Shown here: positions 13,114 through 26,262 of the stretch, one piece after another | Numbering within the stretch: the first letter of the stretch is position 1 | How the letters are laid out: every line of letters starts with the position of its first letter | From: Octopus vulgaris | Lineage: Eukaryota | Reading direction: 5' to 3' | NCBI GenBank assembly: GCA_951406725.2 | Contig: OX597835.1 | Coordinates: 18,910,001-18,974,000, forward strand | DNA: 64,000 nt | Notes under the pieces: generated by a model | Told to the model about the DNA's origin: nothing | Seen by the model: only the letters and a program-made list of their open reading frames with translations | The model's database searches: none | Made by a program: the position numbers and the translations under genes

Positions 13114-15727
13114 TCTATAGGCCGCCCCAAACACCCATACTGTGCTTTAAAGAATGCCTCAACAGCATTAAGTGCTTTATTCAACAGTGCCATTCTAGCA
13201 ACATACTCATGATGGGAGACTTCAATCTACCCTGTGTTGACTGGACTACAAACTGTTTGAAACCAAGCACTCCCGCCTCAACCGCTGACAAAGAAGCAGC
13301 AGAGTCACTTTTCGACTTTACGAATGAGTTTTTCTTGTCCCAACTTGTCCTTGCACCAACAAGACATCAGAACATTTTGGACCTAGTGTTTAGTAACCAC
13401 ACTAACACTATACATAACGTTACAGTGGAAAAAACCCTTCTTTCAGACCATGACATGGTTCTCTGTAACATGAAATTCCACCAGCCGAAAGCTAATCCTA
13501 GTGACCTTCCTCCAGCCCACCCATTTGACAACATGGATCTCCATAATGCCAACTGGGATGCAATCAGGAACGAGCTATCACATGTTGACTGGTCCTTTAC
13601 ACATACACACATCTCCCCAACCATAAAACATCTTGGCAGATCTTTGTAGACACCGTCACAGACATATGTGCAAAACACTCCCCACCAAGACCTGTGAACA
13701 AAAAGTGCAGAATCCCCCAAAACAGAAAAACCATTATCAGAAAAATAAAAAGAACAAACAAAAAAATTAACAAACTAAAGTACTGCCAACAGCAACACAC
13801 ACATTCGACGGCTATCGCACTGCTTGAATCCAAAAAATATAACCTCCAACAATGCATGAAGACCCTCATCAATAACCAAAGATCAGCTGAGGAGAAGTGG
13901 GCCATTGAAAAAATCAAACTCAACCCCAAAGTGTTCTTTTCATTTGCGAGGAAACGCAGGGTCACTGTCTCCACTGTAGGCCCTCTAATTGACGAAACTG
14001 GCACTCTCCAAGATAATGCCAAATCCATGGCCGAGATACTGCAGAAACAATACTGCTCTGTTTTCAGCAATCCTGATATGGCCGATCTGGGCTGTATCAG
14101 TGATGTCAACCCCCAACACACTATATCGGACATAACGTTTAGTGCCCCTGATGTCTTAGCGGCGATAAACGAAATAAAACACAATTCAGCAGTAGGCCCC
14201 GATAGGTTCCCTGCTTGTGTCCTGAAGGTGTGTCGACACCAACTTGCATCTCCCCTTGCTAATCTGTGGAGAAACTCACTGGATGCTGGCTATATTCCAA
14301 AAAACCTTCTGTCCCAGTCTGTTGTCCCAGTTTTCAAAAAGGGAAACAAGTCCCTTGCAGTGAATTACCGTCCGATCTCACTCACCTCTCATATCATCAA
14401 GGTATTTGAGAGGGTGGTGAGATCTCGAATAACCCAATTTCTGGAAAGCAACAGACGGCTGATATCCAACCAACATGGGTTCCGTAATGGAAGGGACTGC
14501 CTAACGCAGCTCCTGCATCACTTTGAGGACATTTTGAGAGCTTTGGGAGAGGGCTCCAACACCGATGTCATCTACCTTGATTTCAGTAAGGCCTTCGACA
14601 GAGTCGATCACAAGATCCTATTGAAAAAACTATCCAACATTGGTGTCTCTGGAAAGTTACTGAAATGGATCAAGTGTTTCCTGACAGACAGATCTCAACA
14701 TGTTGTAGTTGAAGAGGTAAAATCAAGCCCAGCCAAAGTCAGTAGTGGCGTTCCGCAAGGCACTGTGCTGGGCCCACTTCTTTTCATCATTTACATTAAT
14801 GACATTAATGACATCATCAAGCACAGCAACATAAAAATCTTTGCAGATGACTCCAAGCTACAGAAGGTCATAAATGAGGCGAGTGACCGGACATGCCTTC
14901 AGTCAGATCTACTGGCTGTTATCCAATGGGCAGAAAAAAACAATATGCTGCTGAACGAGGATAAATTTGAGCTAATCCACTTTGGAAAAGAGGATGCCCT
15001 GAAACTCCCATACTCCCTTCCTTCAGGTGAAATTCTCGCGGCGTCCAACAACATCAGAGACCTGGGAGTAATTGTGGACAACAACATAAGCTGGGCCACT
15101 CATATAAACACCAAAGTTGACATGGCCCGCAGAATGTGTTCCTGGATTCTCAGAACTTTCCAGTCGAGAGATATCCACACCATTATCCTTCTCTTCTCCA
15201 CTTTTGCCCGACCCCACCTTGAATACTGTTGTCCACTGTGGTCTCCCCACACAATACAAGGTATCATAAAAGTTGAAGCACCTCAAAGGGCAATCATAAA
15301 AAAGATAGATGGCATGACAGGCCTCGACTATTGGGTTCGACTAGAAAAGCTAAAACTCTATTCTCACCAACGTCGTCGTGAGCGCTACATCATCTGCATG
15401 ATGTGGAAAATATTCCATCAGCATTGCCCAAATGATGTTGGCATCACCTTTAAGGTACATCCAAGGCTTGGGCCCCGTGCCATCCGCCCAAAACAAAAAT
15501 CGCACTCTCATATCATAACAACAATACGGCACAATTATTTCACCTCAATTGGCCCCGCTCTCTTTAACATTACACCAAAACACATTAAAACAGAAACTGA
15601 CCCTATAGGGTTCAAGAAGTCTTTGGACAGATTCCTTCAAGAAATCCCGGATAAACCCCCTACACCCGGATATGTCTCTGTAAACAATAACTCTCTACTT
15701 GAGTGGGCCATAGTGCCCAAATTCTGA
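13112..15727 (+). pseudogene. LINE ORF2 (endonuclease-reverse transcriptase), frameshifted at ~13595-13630
   Basis: The frame of ORF 12945-13649 (real part from ~13112) switches to the frame of ORF 13694-15727 (SWQIFVDTVTDICAKHSP...). The 677-aa segment is uninterrupted. Confidence 0.9.
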
Positions 15728-15816
15728 CTTGAAAGACTTCACCAGGTGGTGCTATTAAGTTAGACATGGCCTGGGCCAATAATGGCCGAAACCTATCAAA
15801 GTATCAAAGTATCAAA

Positions 15817-15817
<1 letters not shown>
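13112..15817 (+). mobile_element. 5'-truncated CR1-clade LINE (APE endonuclease C-half + reverse transcriptase), one frameshift
   Basis: EN motifs YRPP, MGDFN, ILDLVF, SDH. RT motifs NYRPISLTS, QHGFR, YLDFSKAFD, GVPQGTVLGPLLF, FADD, DLGV. 3' tail (TATCAAAG)x3 at 15794-15817. Flanked by (TA)n. Confidence 0.93.
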
Positions 15818-15860
<43 letters not shown>

Positions 15861-16145
15861 CTATCTATCTATCTACACACACACACACACACATATACTT
15901 ATAATTTGATTACGTTAGAATTATTTAAAAATGCCGTAACTGGCCGGTCTGGTAGGATACATAACTGCAGTCAAGTCGATTTTTAAGATACATTTCCAAT
16001 TTTTTTGATTACTCAACCTCGTGTCATGGGCATCGGTCCTTTTCTACACCCGTCTGTCAACACAAGTTTGGAAGTTGAAGTTGAATAAAAGCAATCTGTG
16101 TGGTGTTTAGTCTAATGTGTTGAACTTGCAATTAAAATTTTACAG

Positions 16146-16229
16146 CATCCTACCACACAGTAACACACTGTGATTCTCTGAGAATTACATTAATTGTCCG
16201 TATACAAGAAGGATGTCCAACTACATCAG
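16146..16229 (+). other. Candidate 84-bp internal exon (unverified)
   Basis: tttacAG acceptor, CAG|GTAAGT donor, symmetric phase-1 open frame SYHTVTHCDSLRITLIVRIQEGCPTTS. No recognisable homology. Confidence 0.25.
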
Positions 16230-16467
16230 GTAAGTAGCAAGTAAATCAGTAGATCGATCGATCAAGTATATTTTCATTGTCGAAAAGACAGAGAAGTATC
16301 CTTCTCGTGCCCGTCATCATCGTTGTCATTGTCGTCGTCGTCATCATCGTCGCCTTCTTCTTCCTCCTCCTCATCATCATCGTCATCATCGTTAACATAA
16401 GTATACATGTTCATACAATCTTGCATATATTTACATGTCACTTTCTCTCTCTCTCTCTCTCTCTCTC

Positions 16468-16501
<34 letters not shown>

Positions 16502-16892
16502 GAGAGTGAGTGAGAGAGAGAGAGATGTACTTATAACTGTATATATGTGGAGAGAGCTATTTCCTGGTCCAATTCGCCTTCATTGCAAACGTAAGGAGAA
16601 TAGACTGAGCTAGTCTTCATGACATTTATCATTGCATTTCTGGTATTCGACCACATATTCCACAGTCTATGGAAATGGTATCACTAAGAATTAGCCTCAA
16701 ATAGATAATAAAATGTAACAGTTATTTCATAATTATAAACTATCTGTAATTATCTAGATGTTTATGGTAGAAATATCTTCGGCGGTCAGCGACTGCCAGG
16801 TTAAGAGGAAATTAAGTCAAAAGTACTTTGGACTGCAACAGTCGTGAACTAACCTGCAACGCTTTCATTCGTCTCATCTTAAAAAAAAAGCA

Positions 16893-17370
16893 ATCACCTG
16901 TAACACTTCGAAGCTCTTTCGTCACGTATGTATACATAAGGATTTAAATAATTACTAAAACGGATAAATAATCTGAATAACCAAATAAAGTTGACGTTAA
17001 TAGATAATTCCGAAAATATAAATGACTCAATGATATATTTGTCAAAAATATATCTGTAACTACAGAAAGAAATATGCCTTCTATAAAGTAAAGCCGAGTT
17101 GATACCACGTCGGAGACACAGGAAAAAATATGATATCACCTGTAACACTTCGAAGCTCTTTCGTCACGTATGTATACATAAGGATTTAAATAATTACTAA
17201 AACGGATAAATAATCTGAATAACCATATAAAGTTGACGTTAATAGATAATTCCTAAAATGTAAATAACTCAATGATATAGTTGTCAAAAATATATCTGTA
17301 ACTACAGAAAGAAATATGCCTTCTACAAAGTAAAGCCGTGTTGATACCACGTCCGAGACACAGGAAAATA
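16893..17370. repeat. Direct tandem duplication, 242-bp period
   Basis: ATCACCTGTAACACTTCGAAGCTCTTTCGTCACG... starts at 16893 and 17135. The units differ by scattered substitutions. Confidence 0.95.
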
Positions 17371-18264
17371 TATTTTTTAAAAACTTTTTCAGAAATATAT
17401 GCGATGTAAACATACACTTTTCTGATAGAATCGGAAATTACAAACATCAAGGAAGACCATATCATATTATCACACGTAAATCAATGTTTGAATTTATTGT
17501 TCATAAAATGCAAACGTCTCATATATTATAACAAAATATGGTTTAGTCATTTCATTAAAAATAACAAATTATGACGCATTTAGGGAAGAAGGACATGAGT
17601 GACGCAATAGAAAAGCAAATATAGATATTACTGAATTAGTAATTGATCGATAATCAGCATATTACTATACAGATACTTCTTCTTAACATATCGCACAGGC
17701 ATAACACAGTAGAGAAGAAAATAAAACATGACAATGGAATAAGACAATAGTAGAATATACAGAGATAAATAATTGCAATAAGAACGTTTGATGATAACGA
17801 TATCTATAAAACAATATACAGATAAGGAAAGCCAATAGTCGATCGCTTACGATGAAGAATAACCAACGAATAGTTCAAACAATATTCAGTGACGCCTATA
17901 CAAAGTACGCATGATGGAGAGCGGAGAGCTTGAACAAACATATTGTAAACGATGAAAGAAACATGGACAAAGAGGGGAGAAACAGTAGAGATAGAAGCGA
18001 TAACAGACGAATGAAGCAAAATGTGACAAACTTTTGTGAAGGTGGGGTGCGTTGTAATAAGAATTACGAGAAAAAATTAGATATAGAATTATCGTGTGGA
18101 AAATGTAATTCAGATAAATAATTTTAGAATTAAGGTAGAATAAACACTACGTGGTATACAGGTACCAAGTACAATTGTTTTGCGCCTGAAACTCTTACAT
18201 AGATATGTGTATATGTGAGAGGATGTATACATACATCTACATATTTATGTCTATATATATAAAA

Positions 18265-18646
18265 GTGTGGAGGCGCAATGGCCCAGTGGTTAGGGCAGCG
18301 AACTCGCGGTCGTAGGATCGTGGTTTCGATTCACAGACCGGGCGTTGTGAGTGTTTATTGAGCGAAAACACTTAAAGCTCCACGAGGCTTCGGCAGGGGA
18401 TTGTGGTGATCCCTGCTGTAGTCTTTCACCACAACTTTCTCTCACTCTTACTTCCTGTTTCTGTCGTACCTGTATTTCAAAGGGCCGGCCTTGTCACTCT
18501 CTGTGTCACGTTGAATATCCCCGAGAACTACGTTAAGGGTACACGTGTCTGTGGAGTGTTCAGCCACTTACACGTTAATTTCACGAGCAGGCTGTTCCGT
18601 TGATCGGATCAACCGGAACCTGCGTCGTCGTAACCGACGGAGTGCT
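18265..18646 (+). mobile_element. Full-length family-B tRNA-derived SINE
   Basis: Head GGAGGCGCAATGGCCCAGTGGTTAGGGCAGCG...GGTTTCGATTC (A/B boxes). Highly similar to 36882-37273. Confidence 0.9.
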
Positions 18647-18917
18647 TCCACTTCACATACAGAGAGACAGACACACATACATATGCGTATGTTTGTACGT
18701 GGGTAGGAATATTGAATTGTACGAAATAAAAAGAGAGGTGATTTCAGTTCATAATATAAAGTATATGTTCCTTTGATATTCTGTCTCGCGGCTCCACATT
18801 TCTGCCACTGCAATCCCGCATAGACGATCCAAGTGGAATGAAAATTTACTTTATACAATGTCTGCAAATATCGATTTATCAGTCAATCATCAATTAATTA
18901 AACAATCCATCAATCGG

Positions 18918-18986
<69 letters not shown>

Positions 18987-19096
18987 TTGTCTATCTATTT
19001 ATCTATCTATCTATCTATCTATCTACCTGTCTATCTGTTCGACTGACTGTCTGTCTACCTCTTTGTCTCTCTCTTTCTCTCTCACTCTCTATATCT

Positions 19097-19136
<40 letters not shown>

Positions 19137-19403
19137 GGGCTGCGTGTTGTGTTCTCGAACAAGGCACTTTATTTCACGTTGCTCCAGTTCACTCAGCTGT
19201 AGAAATGAGTTGCGACGTCACAGGTGCCAAGCTGTATCGACCTTTGTCTTTCCTTTGGATAACACTGGTGGCGTGGAGAGGGGAGGCTGGTATGCATGGG
19301 CGACTGCTAGCCTTCCATAAACAACCTTGCCCGGACTTGTGTCTAGGAGGGTAACTTTCTAGGTGCAATCCCATGGTCATTCATGACCGAAGGGGGTCTT
19401 TAC
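19137..19403 (+). mobile_element. 5'-truncated SINE (family D)
   Basis: GTTGTGTTCTCGAACAAGGCACTT...CACTCAGCTGTAGAAATGAGT central domain; terminal hairpin GGTCATTCATGACC; flanked by (TA)n. Confidence 0.55.
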
Positions 19404-19479
19404 TTTTATATATATATATATTTATATATATATATATATATATGTTTCTTTTTCAACCATGTATCTATTCTGTTTGTAC

Positions 19480-19803
19480 AGTTATACCGAAGCGCTAAGT
19501 TACGGGGTTGTAAACACAACACCGGTTGTCAAGCAGTGATGGGGTGCTATGACAAACACTAAGACGCACACACATACACACACACCTATATATATGTATA
19601 TATATATATAGGTGTGTGTGTGTCTGTGTGTACATATATATAAATATATACAATGGGTTTCCAGCTTCCATCCATCAGATCCACTCACAATATTTTGCTT
19701 GGCCTGAGACTACACCAGAAGACGCCTAGACGAGGTGCCACACAATGGTACTGAACCCGCAGCCATCTGGTTGGGGACCAATCTTACTACATAGCCACAC
19801 ACG
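19480..19803 (-). mobile_element. Old diverged family-A SINE
   Basis: Colinear similarity to 12340-12752 (GCTAAGTTACGGGG..GTAAACAC..GGTTGTCAAGCA; ATCCACTCACAA; ACTGAACCC). Confidence 0.7.
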
Positions 19804-20648
19804 CTACTACATATACTTATATATAAGCATATACATACATACGTCTGTGTATGTATGTATTGGCATTGTGTATGTGTACACACAATTGAAGTCACACCTA
19901 TATATGTACTTTATTTCTTCCGCAGTTTCATTGATAGTAGATTCAATATGAGATTTAGTACATTCGGTTCGTTAACACATTGAACAGCATGGTACAAATC
20001 CAATGCCTTGTCAATAATATGTTCATATGTGACCTCTGTAAGGACAACCCCTCAAGTCAAATTCAGCGCAACACCAATTCCTTGCACCGATTGGTCAATT
20101 ACTTATTAGTAACATTCCACAAAGCGATATGTCCACTGCTGGAATCAATTTATTCAGGAATTTCTTCTTTCTTTCGTTATGGAATTTATTGGGATTCAGG
20201 AACCACTGATTTATGCGAGATTTAGTTGTCAGTCTCTTGTGAGTGGTGCTGTAACATTGGAGATGATTATATAAATATTATCTGCCATACATGTGTATTG
20301 TATGATACTAGGATCGTCGTCCACATTGTATATATAATACTATGTAACATATTAAGGCGTTATTTAGATAAGGGAATCGAATTAACTTACATGTCGTTCT
20401 TTGTTTTCCAATTTTCCTGCTTGACGTATGTTCAATTACAATGCTACTACAAAAGATTGAAAGGACATGCATGTAAGAGTGCAGATACCAGAAATAGCAC
20501 AGAAAATACCCTCAAATCATTAAAACATAACTCGTTGATTACCTTTGCGTTTGAAATCTCCGTTGTTGCTGAAAGGCTGGCATATAGCGCAAGAATATAA
20601 GATTATATATATATAATCAAAATAAGCAAGAACGATATCCAAGGTAGA

Positions 20649-20734
20649 GTAGTACAATTGTTTCATGCCACTTCATTTAATTAAACACTGTAAGTATTAC
20701 ATCAGTTTTAAAATGTCGAGCAATCTTCAGCCAC
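20649..20734 (-). ncRNA. Type I hammerhead ribozyme motif
   Basis: Minus strand: GTGG-CTGAAGA-TTGC...GCAT-GAAA-CAATTG-TA-CTAC. Helix I has 4 bp, helix III is the ACAATTGT palindrome, and there is a U-U at the base of helix II. Confidence 0.65.
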
Positions 20735-20984
20735 ATATAGAATTTTACAATTAGACGGACAATGCACATTCTTATCCCTATTCCATTTGCCAACATTATA
20801 AAGAGGGTAGATATATAGACAGAGAGGTTAATTTCATTATTAAGAACATGATAGTAGTATGTTCATTCTCACGGAGAATGAACATACTACTTGCTTATTT
20901 TGATTATAATCACCCCATTTGATTTATATGGATAATACCATACAAAATTCTGGTGCCTTTAGCTTTAGTATCATATTCATCTGA

Positions 20985-21018
<34 letters not shown>

Positions 21019-21552
21019 GTATATATATATGTATGTATATATATGTATATATATATGTATATATATATAAATGTATATATATATATATATGAATGTATAT
21101 TGATGCCATTTATTATATGATTTATTATTATTTTTTTATAAAGGGACCGAACGAATTACTTATAATTTAATCTGTGAATTAATTTTGTTAGACAATACAT
21201 TATTTAAGAAGTAGATGGTCTATATATCAAGTAGTTTTACATTTAAGTAAATTAGGTTTTATATTAATTGATATTTTGATCACCTATATTATTGAGTGAT
21301 ATATTAAATCTATAGATACTACATATATATTAATTATATAGTTAGTTTATTTAATGAGTGTGTCTATATTTGAAACTTTTCTCATTTTGATTCCAATTTT
21401 TACTAGCATTGTGTATGTTAATTAATTTTAAGGTTTTAGTATTAATTGCTTAATGGGTATTAGACTGTATTTGGATGTTTATTAAATAAATTGATTTAAT
21501 GTATATTGTTTAAAGTGTTGTATTTAGTTTTCACTTAATGTATATTTAGTAT

Positions 21553-21600
<48 letters not shown>

Positions 21601-21674
21601 AAGAATATATTTATATTTTAAAAGATTATATACATATATTTATTAATTAATTAGTTTATTATTGTAGTTATTTT

Positions 21675-21778
21675 TAACCTGATGAGTGGCTATATTTATA
21701 TCGAAGTGGTTTTACTACTATTGCTAATATTTTTACTATAATCGTTTCTTAAATATAGCCTCGAAACACGGGTCGCTA
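21675..21778 (+). ncRNA. Type I hammerhead motif with 13-bp helix II, in an AT-rich Penelope-like relic (~21100-21940)
   Basis: CTGATGA(21679)-GTGGCTATATTTA...TAAATATAGCCTC-GAAA-CACGGG-TC. 12/13 helix II pairs and a GUC site; helix I is partly decayed. Confidence 0.65.
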
Positions 21779-21935
21779 TTCTACCACATATATACGTTTT
21801 ATTTATTATTTTACACATTACTTAATCATCGGTTTAGTATTTTTATCTTATATTTAATATTTCTATTATATGTAATTTTCTAGATGGTGCAATTTAATTT
21901 TTCATTTTGAATTGATAAAAGGTATTTATTTCTAA

Positions 21936-21975
<40 letters not shown>

Positions 21976-22054
21976 TTTGTGAAATTTGAGCTAGTATTTC
22001 TAAATTGAATTTTTCCCTGTAAGTTAGGAAGAATATTCTCTCAAATTATTATTA

Positions 22055-22092
<38 letters not shown>

Positions 22093-22536
22093 CGAGAAAG
22101 TGAGAGAGAGAGAGAGAGAGACAAAGAAAGAGAGACACAGACAGAGTGACAAAGACAGATGGATAGATAGATTGACTAAAACATGGATAGACAGATAGAC
22201 AGACACACAGACAGAGAGAAAAATATATACATAGATACATAGATGAATATCTGGATGGGCAGATAGATGTAGATGGATTATATTTAATTCTTTAGAGTGA
22301 TAACTTTAATCCTGAGTAACTGAACATTTTGATTGTCATAATATATTCTTATTCTACAACACCGTTATCGAGTGCTCCGTTTCTTTATAATGGTAGCGCA
22401 CCAGCTCCAATTTACTCTATTTCTTTACATATGATCAATGATACAGACGCTCATATATAACGCATATATCTATAACTATATCTATCTATCTATATATCTA
22501 TATCTAAATATATATATATATATATATATATCTACC

Positions 22537-22645
<109 letters not shown>

Positions 22646-22654
22646 TATATACAT

Positions 22655-22699
<45 letters not shown>

Positions 22700-22702
22700 T
22701 AT

Positions 22703-22960
22703 ACGTCTCGCCTTCACCTTCGAAAAGTAGAGTAGATGAACCATGGCGACTGAAGAAGGGATTTTTTTCTTTGTGTTAACTGTCCTGTACTCTCTCTATA
22801 TTTTTTTTCGTTGTTAAAAAAAATGTCCAGTTCCTTGGGTTTGTGTCTATATTTTCGTTTTCATTGTGTTCGAAGTTTTTTTGGTGTCCTGTACTCATAT
22901 ATGCGTGTATATATACATGTAGAGGTTGGTACGTACATATATGTATATATATATGCATAT
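22703..22960 (+). repeat. Dispersed repeat; homologous copy at ~53700-53990 (minus)
   Basis: Shared CGCCTT.ACCTTCGAAA.GT.GAGTAGATGAA...GACTGAAGAAGGG...TGTCCTGTACTC...GTCCTGTACTCATATATGC. Confidence 0.85.
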
Positions 22961-24239
22961 GTTTTATTTATTAATATATATATATATATGCATATGGTCT
23001 CACATATGCAACATGTATTTATGTACGTGTGAGTACTCGTGTATATGATTGAGATGAAGGTTGAGTCTGTGCGCTATTTCTCTCCTAAAATGTTACACCA
23101 TTATATATAATCCATTTTCAGTGAAGATAAAATATTGCACTCCTCAGAGGAAGCAATAATAACATATTCTATAGAGAAGCAATTGTAGAGAAGCAACTAA
23201 TATGTAATCAATATATCAAACAAGCTTCTCTTTAATACGATATTTCTAAATGCAAACAGAATGATAGAAAAAAAAAATAACATCCGTAAAATAATACGCG
23301 ATGATGTTACAGTATGAAATGTAGGTATCACAGATAGCACTACGCAATAACTAATTATATATTTGCAGAAACAGAATGAATTAGAGGAAAGTAGAAGCAA
23401 ACTACATCTGAGCCTTTCGTGAATATTCAAGTCGAATTTACATGTGCTAATATAATCAATCTAAAAATATCTAAATTGATTGATTTTTGCAAGTAAAAAA
23501 AAAAATGGTGCTAAAAGTTATTTCTTATTACCGCAATGAAAACACAGTGTTTATGTCTCAATTGTCTCAGAGTATTCAGTAACATTGTATCTTAGCTTAA
23601 GGGAATTTCAGCATATCTATAGCAGTTCACGATATTGGAATGTTTCAGAAAATGGTTATAAGAATAGCACATAGGAAATAGTATAATAGCCGGCCTTAAT
23701 AGAAAATATTTTCACGAAGGATTTGGCCAACTAACTACCTACGAACGCGTACATATATAGAAATAACTATGCGGTTGTAAGAATTATATTCTTTACGTTT
23801 GGAAAACCTGATTTCTTTGTGCAGAGGGATCACTCCCTTGCAAACATTTCTTTTCCGTATTTGTATGTATTAACTTTATGCATTTATTCCGCTATAGATA
23901 GCATATTACCAAAACTCCTTGGTGGAATGCTTTCTATTAAGGCTACTTCAATTACAGATAACTAGTTTGTAGGATAGAGCTGATACGGGTGTGTGTGTAT
24001 GTGAGTAGATGTGTGCATGTATGAATGTATGTGTGTATGTATATATGGGCATATATTCATATAATAAAGATATATTTATATATATATATATATATTATAT
24101 ATTTATAGATATATGTATATGTATTATATATATATATGTATAGGTATCTATATGTATATATATATGTGTGTGTGTGCGTATATATATATGTAGGTATGTA
24201 TGTATGTATATATGCACAAGTATGCATTTAATACGGATA

Positions 24240-24278
<39 letters not shown>

Positions 24279-24404
24279 GTGTATATATATATATATATAT
24301 GTAGGCATGTATGTATACATACACATGCATTAATATACATACACGTATGATTGTATGCATACGTAAACAGACGCATACACACACGCACACACACAGACAC
24401 ACAG

Positions 24405-24460
<56 letters not shown>

Positions 24461-24762
24461 ATGTATACACCAATATACGATAGATTCAAAAGTACGAAAT
24501 CTAACCACCTTTCACTGAAACAGTCTATGAACGAAGTTCATTCCATAAGTTTTGAGATTTATAATAACCGTGGCAGTTAGAACCATTCTAGATTACTCTA
24601 AACTTAGTTTAGTCTATTATCATATATCTAATAACTAATAATCAAATATGCTATTATCCTACATTGAGGAAGACGGCAATAACAACAATTTGACCACACC
24701 TTACTCAATGTTATCAATGCTGACTTGTCAGCAGAATAGAGTCGAGAATTCTGGAAGCTCTC

Positions 24763-24838
24763 TATGCAATAAATGTTGTGTTATACTGGATAAAAACGCT
24801 ACGGAGATACATGAGTTGTTCCAGGCAGCTTATGGGAT
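24763..24838 (+). pseudogene. Mariner transposase N-terminal HTH relic
   Basis: With one indel it reads YAI-KCCVILDKNATEIHELFQAAYG, matching the mariner N-terminal pattern IKFC..LGK.ATET.EML..AYG. Confidence 0.6.
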
Positions 24839-24945
24839 AACTTTTTCGTTGGCAGGATGCTAGAGCAGAGATGAAACAGGTTGAGAAGTGTAGGAGAGAG
24901 TGAATGAATGAAAGCCATGATATGAAGGCACAGTGCAAGAGTGAT

Positions 24946-25143
24946 ACTCTTTACTCTTTTACTTGTTTCAGTCATTTGACCGTGGCCATGCTGTAGCACC
25001 GCCTTTAGTCGATCAAATCGATCCCAAGACTTAGTCTTTGTAAGCTTAGTACTTATTCTATCGGTCTCTTTTGCCGAACCGGTAAGTTACGGGGGCGGAA
25101 ACACACCAGCATCAGTTGTCAGGCGATGTTGTGGGGACAAACT

Positions 25144-25150
<7 letters not shown>
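24946..25150 (-). mobile_element. Family-A SINE, 3' half
   Basis: TACTCTTTTACTTGTTTCAGTCATTTGACCGTGGCCATGCTG... has the same architecture as the 12340 copy. Confidence 0.88.
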
Positions 25151-25213
<63 letters not shown>

Positions 25214-26149
25214 GCGGACTACCAAGTTTTTCTTATATTATACAGCGAATATTTTCTGGTTGGTTTTTTACTGTTAAAATAACTCTACTTTATTATGTTT
25301 CTCATTTCGAAATAGATAAATATATTTAGCTTGTTAAGTAGGGATATATAATGATAAAACCGTCACTTATAACTTGCTTACTTATAAGTGTTATCATTAT
25401 ACGTAAATCCTGACTCCAGCTACAAAAACGCCATAGCGAGAAATACATTTTCTGGAACGCTAATGTGCATGTATGTTGAATACGAATAACTTCGTGTTCT
25501 TTTAACCGCTATAAAAATGACAGTTTCATAATTGCAGAAATACATTCATTAATAAGTTGAAGAACGCGAAGAAAGCGAAAATAATTTCTACATTATTTCA
25601 TTATATACATATAGCAATTTTGATATATATATATATATATACATTTTGAAGAAAAGTAAATTTGTCGTAGAGAATTACGACTTAATATTTTAGCTAACTA
25701 ATTCCGCGTTCTAGCTTTATTAAATCTCAACAGTTCAAACAAGTCTTGATGGATCTTTCATGGACTTGGCATAAAAAAATAACCAATGTCTCAAAGGAGT
25801 GAGTGTCGTGGAGTTTAGTTACATCCCACAAACACCGAAGTTTTTCCCAAAATCCAGGGTTTTTATAACTGCTCAACTTAACTTTAAAGAATCGAAATAA
25901 CATAAAAATATTCTTTAAATAACTTTTAGAATTCCTATATGAGCAGTTATATTAACCAATGGAAAAACGACAATCATATTTCTACGGCAATACGACATTA
26001 CGTCATATTGCCAGCTACCACAAATAAGCGCTACTATTTGTATTTGCTGTATACCATGGCATGTGAGCTTGCTCGTAACATACCAGAATGAAAACACGTC
26101 TGTTACAAAATTACTTGTTTTTTGGCCATCTCAATGGTTTGGAGCAACG

Positions 26150-26262
26150 TAAAAATGAAGTGTTGTGCTCAAGAACACAACGCCTAGCTGAGTTCAGAAA
26201 TCGAGACCACAACCTTTCACCCACAAGTTCAACACTTTAAACACTACGCCACGGACCTCCAC
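26150..26262 (-). mobile_element. Decayed tRNA-SINE head
   Basis: Minus strand TGTGGAGGTCCGTGGCGTAGTG...GGTCTCGATTTC...GCGTTGTGTTCTTGAGCA resembles family B/D heads. Confidence 0.45.

Noticed and set aside
13367-15532. Minus-strand ORFs overlapping the LINE
   Set aside because: Antisense shadows of the RT ORF.
18265-18340. tRNA gene calls for SINE heads (also 36882, 29568 and family A)
   Set aside because: They have A/B boxes but no complete cloverleaf, and they continue into SINE bodies with tails and TSDs.
22716-22762. CCTTCGAAA..GT....CTGAAGAAGGG as a type II hammerhead (also at 53920-53975)
   Set aside because: No convincing helix I and only weak helix II in either copy.
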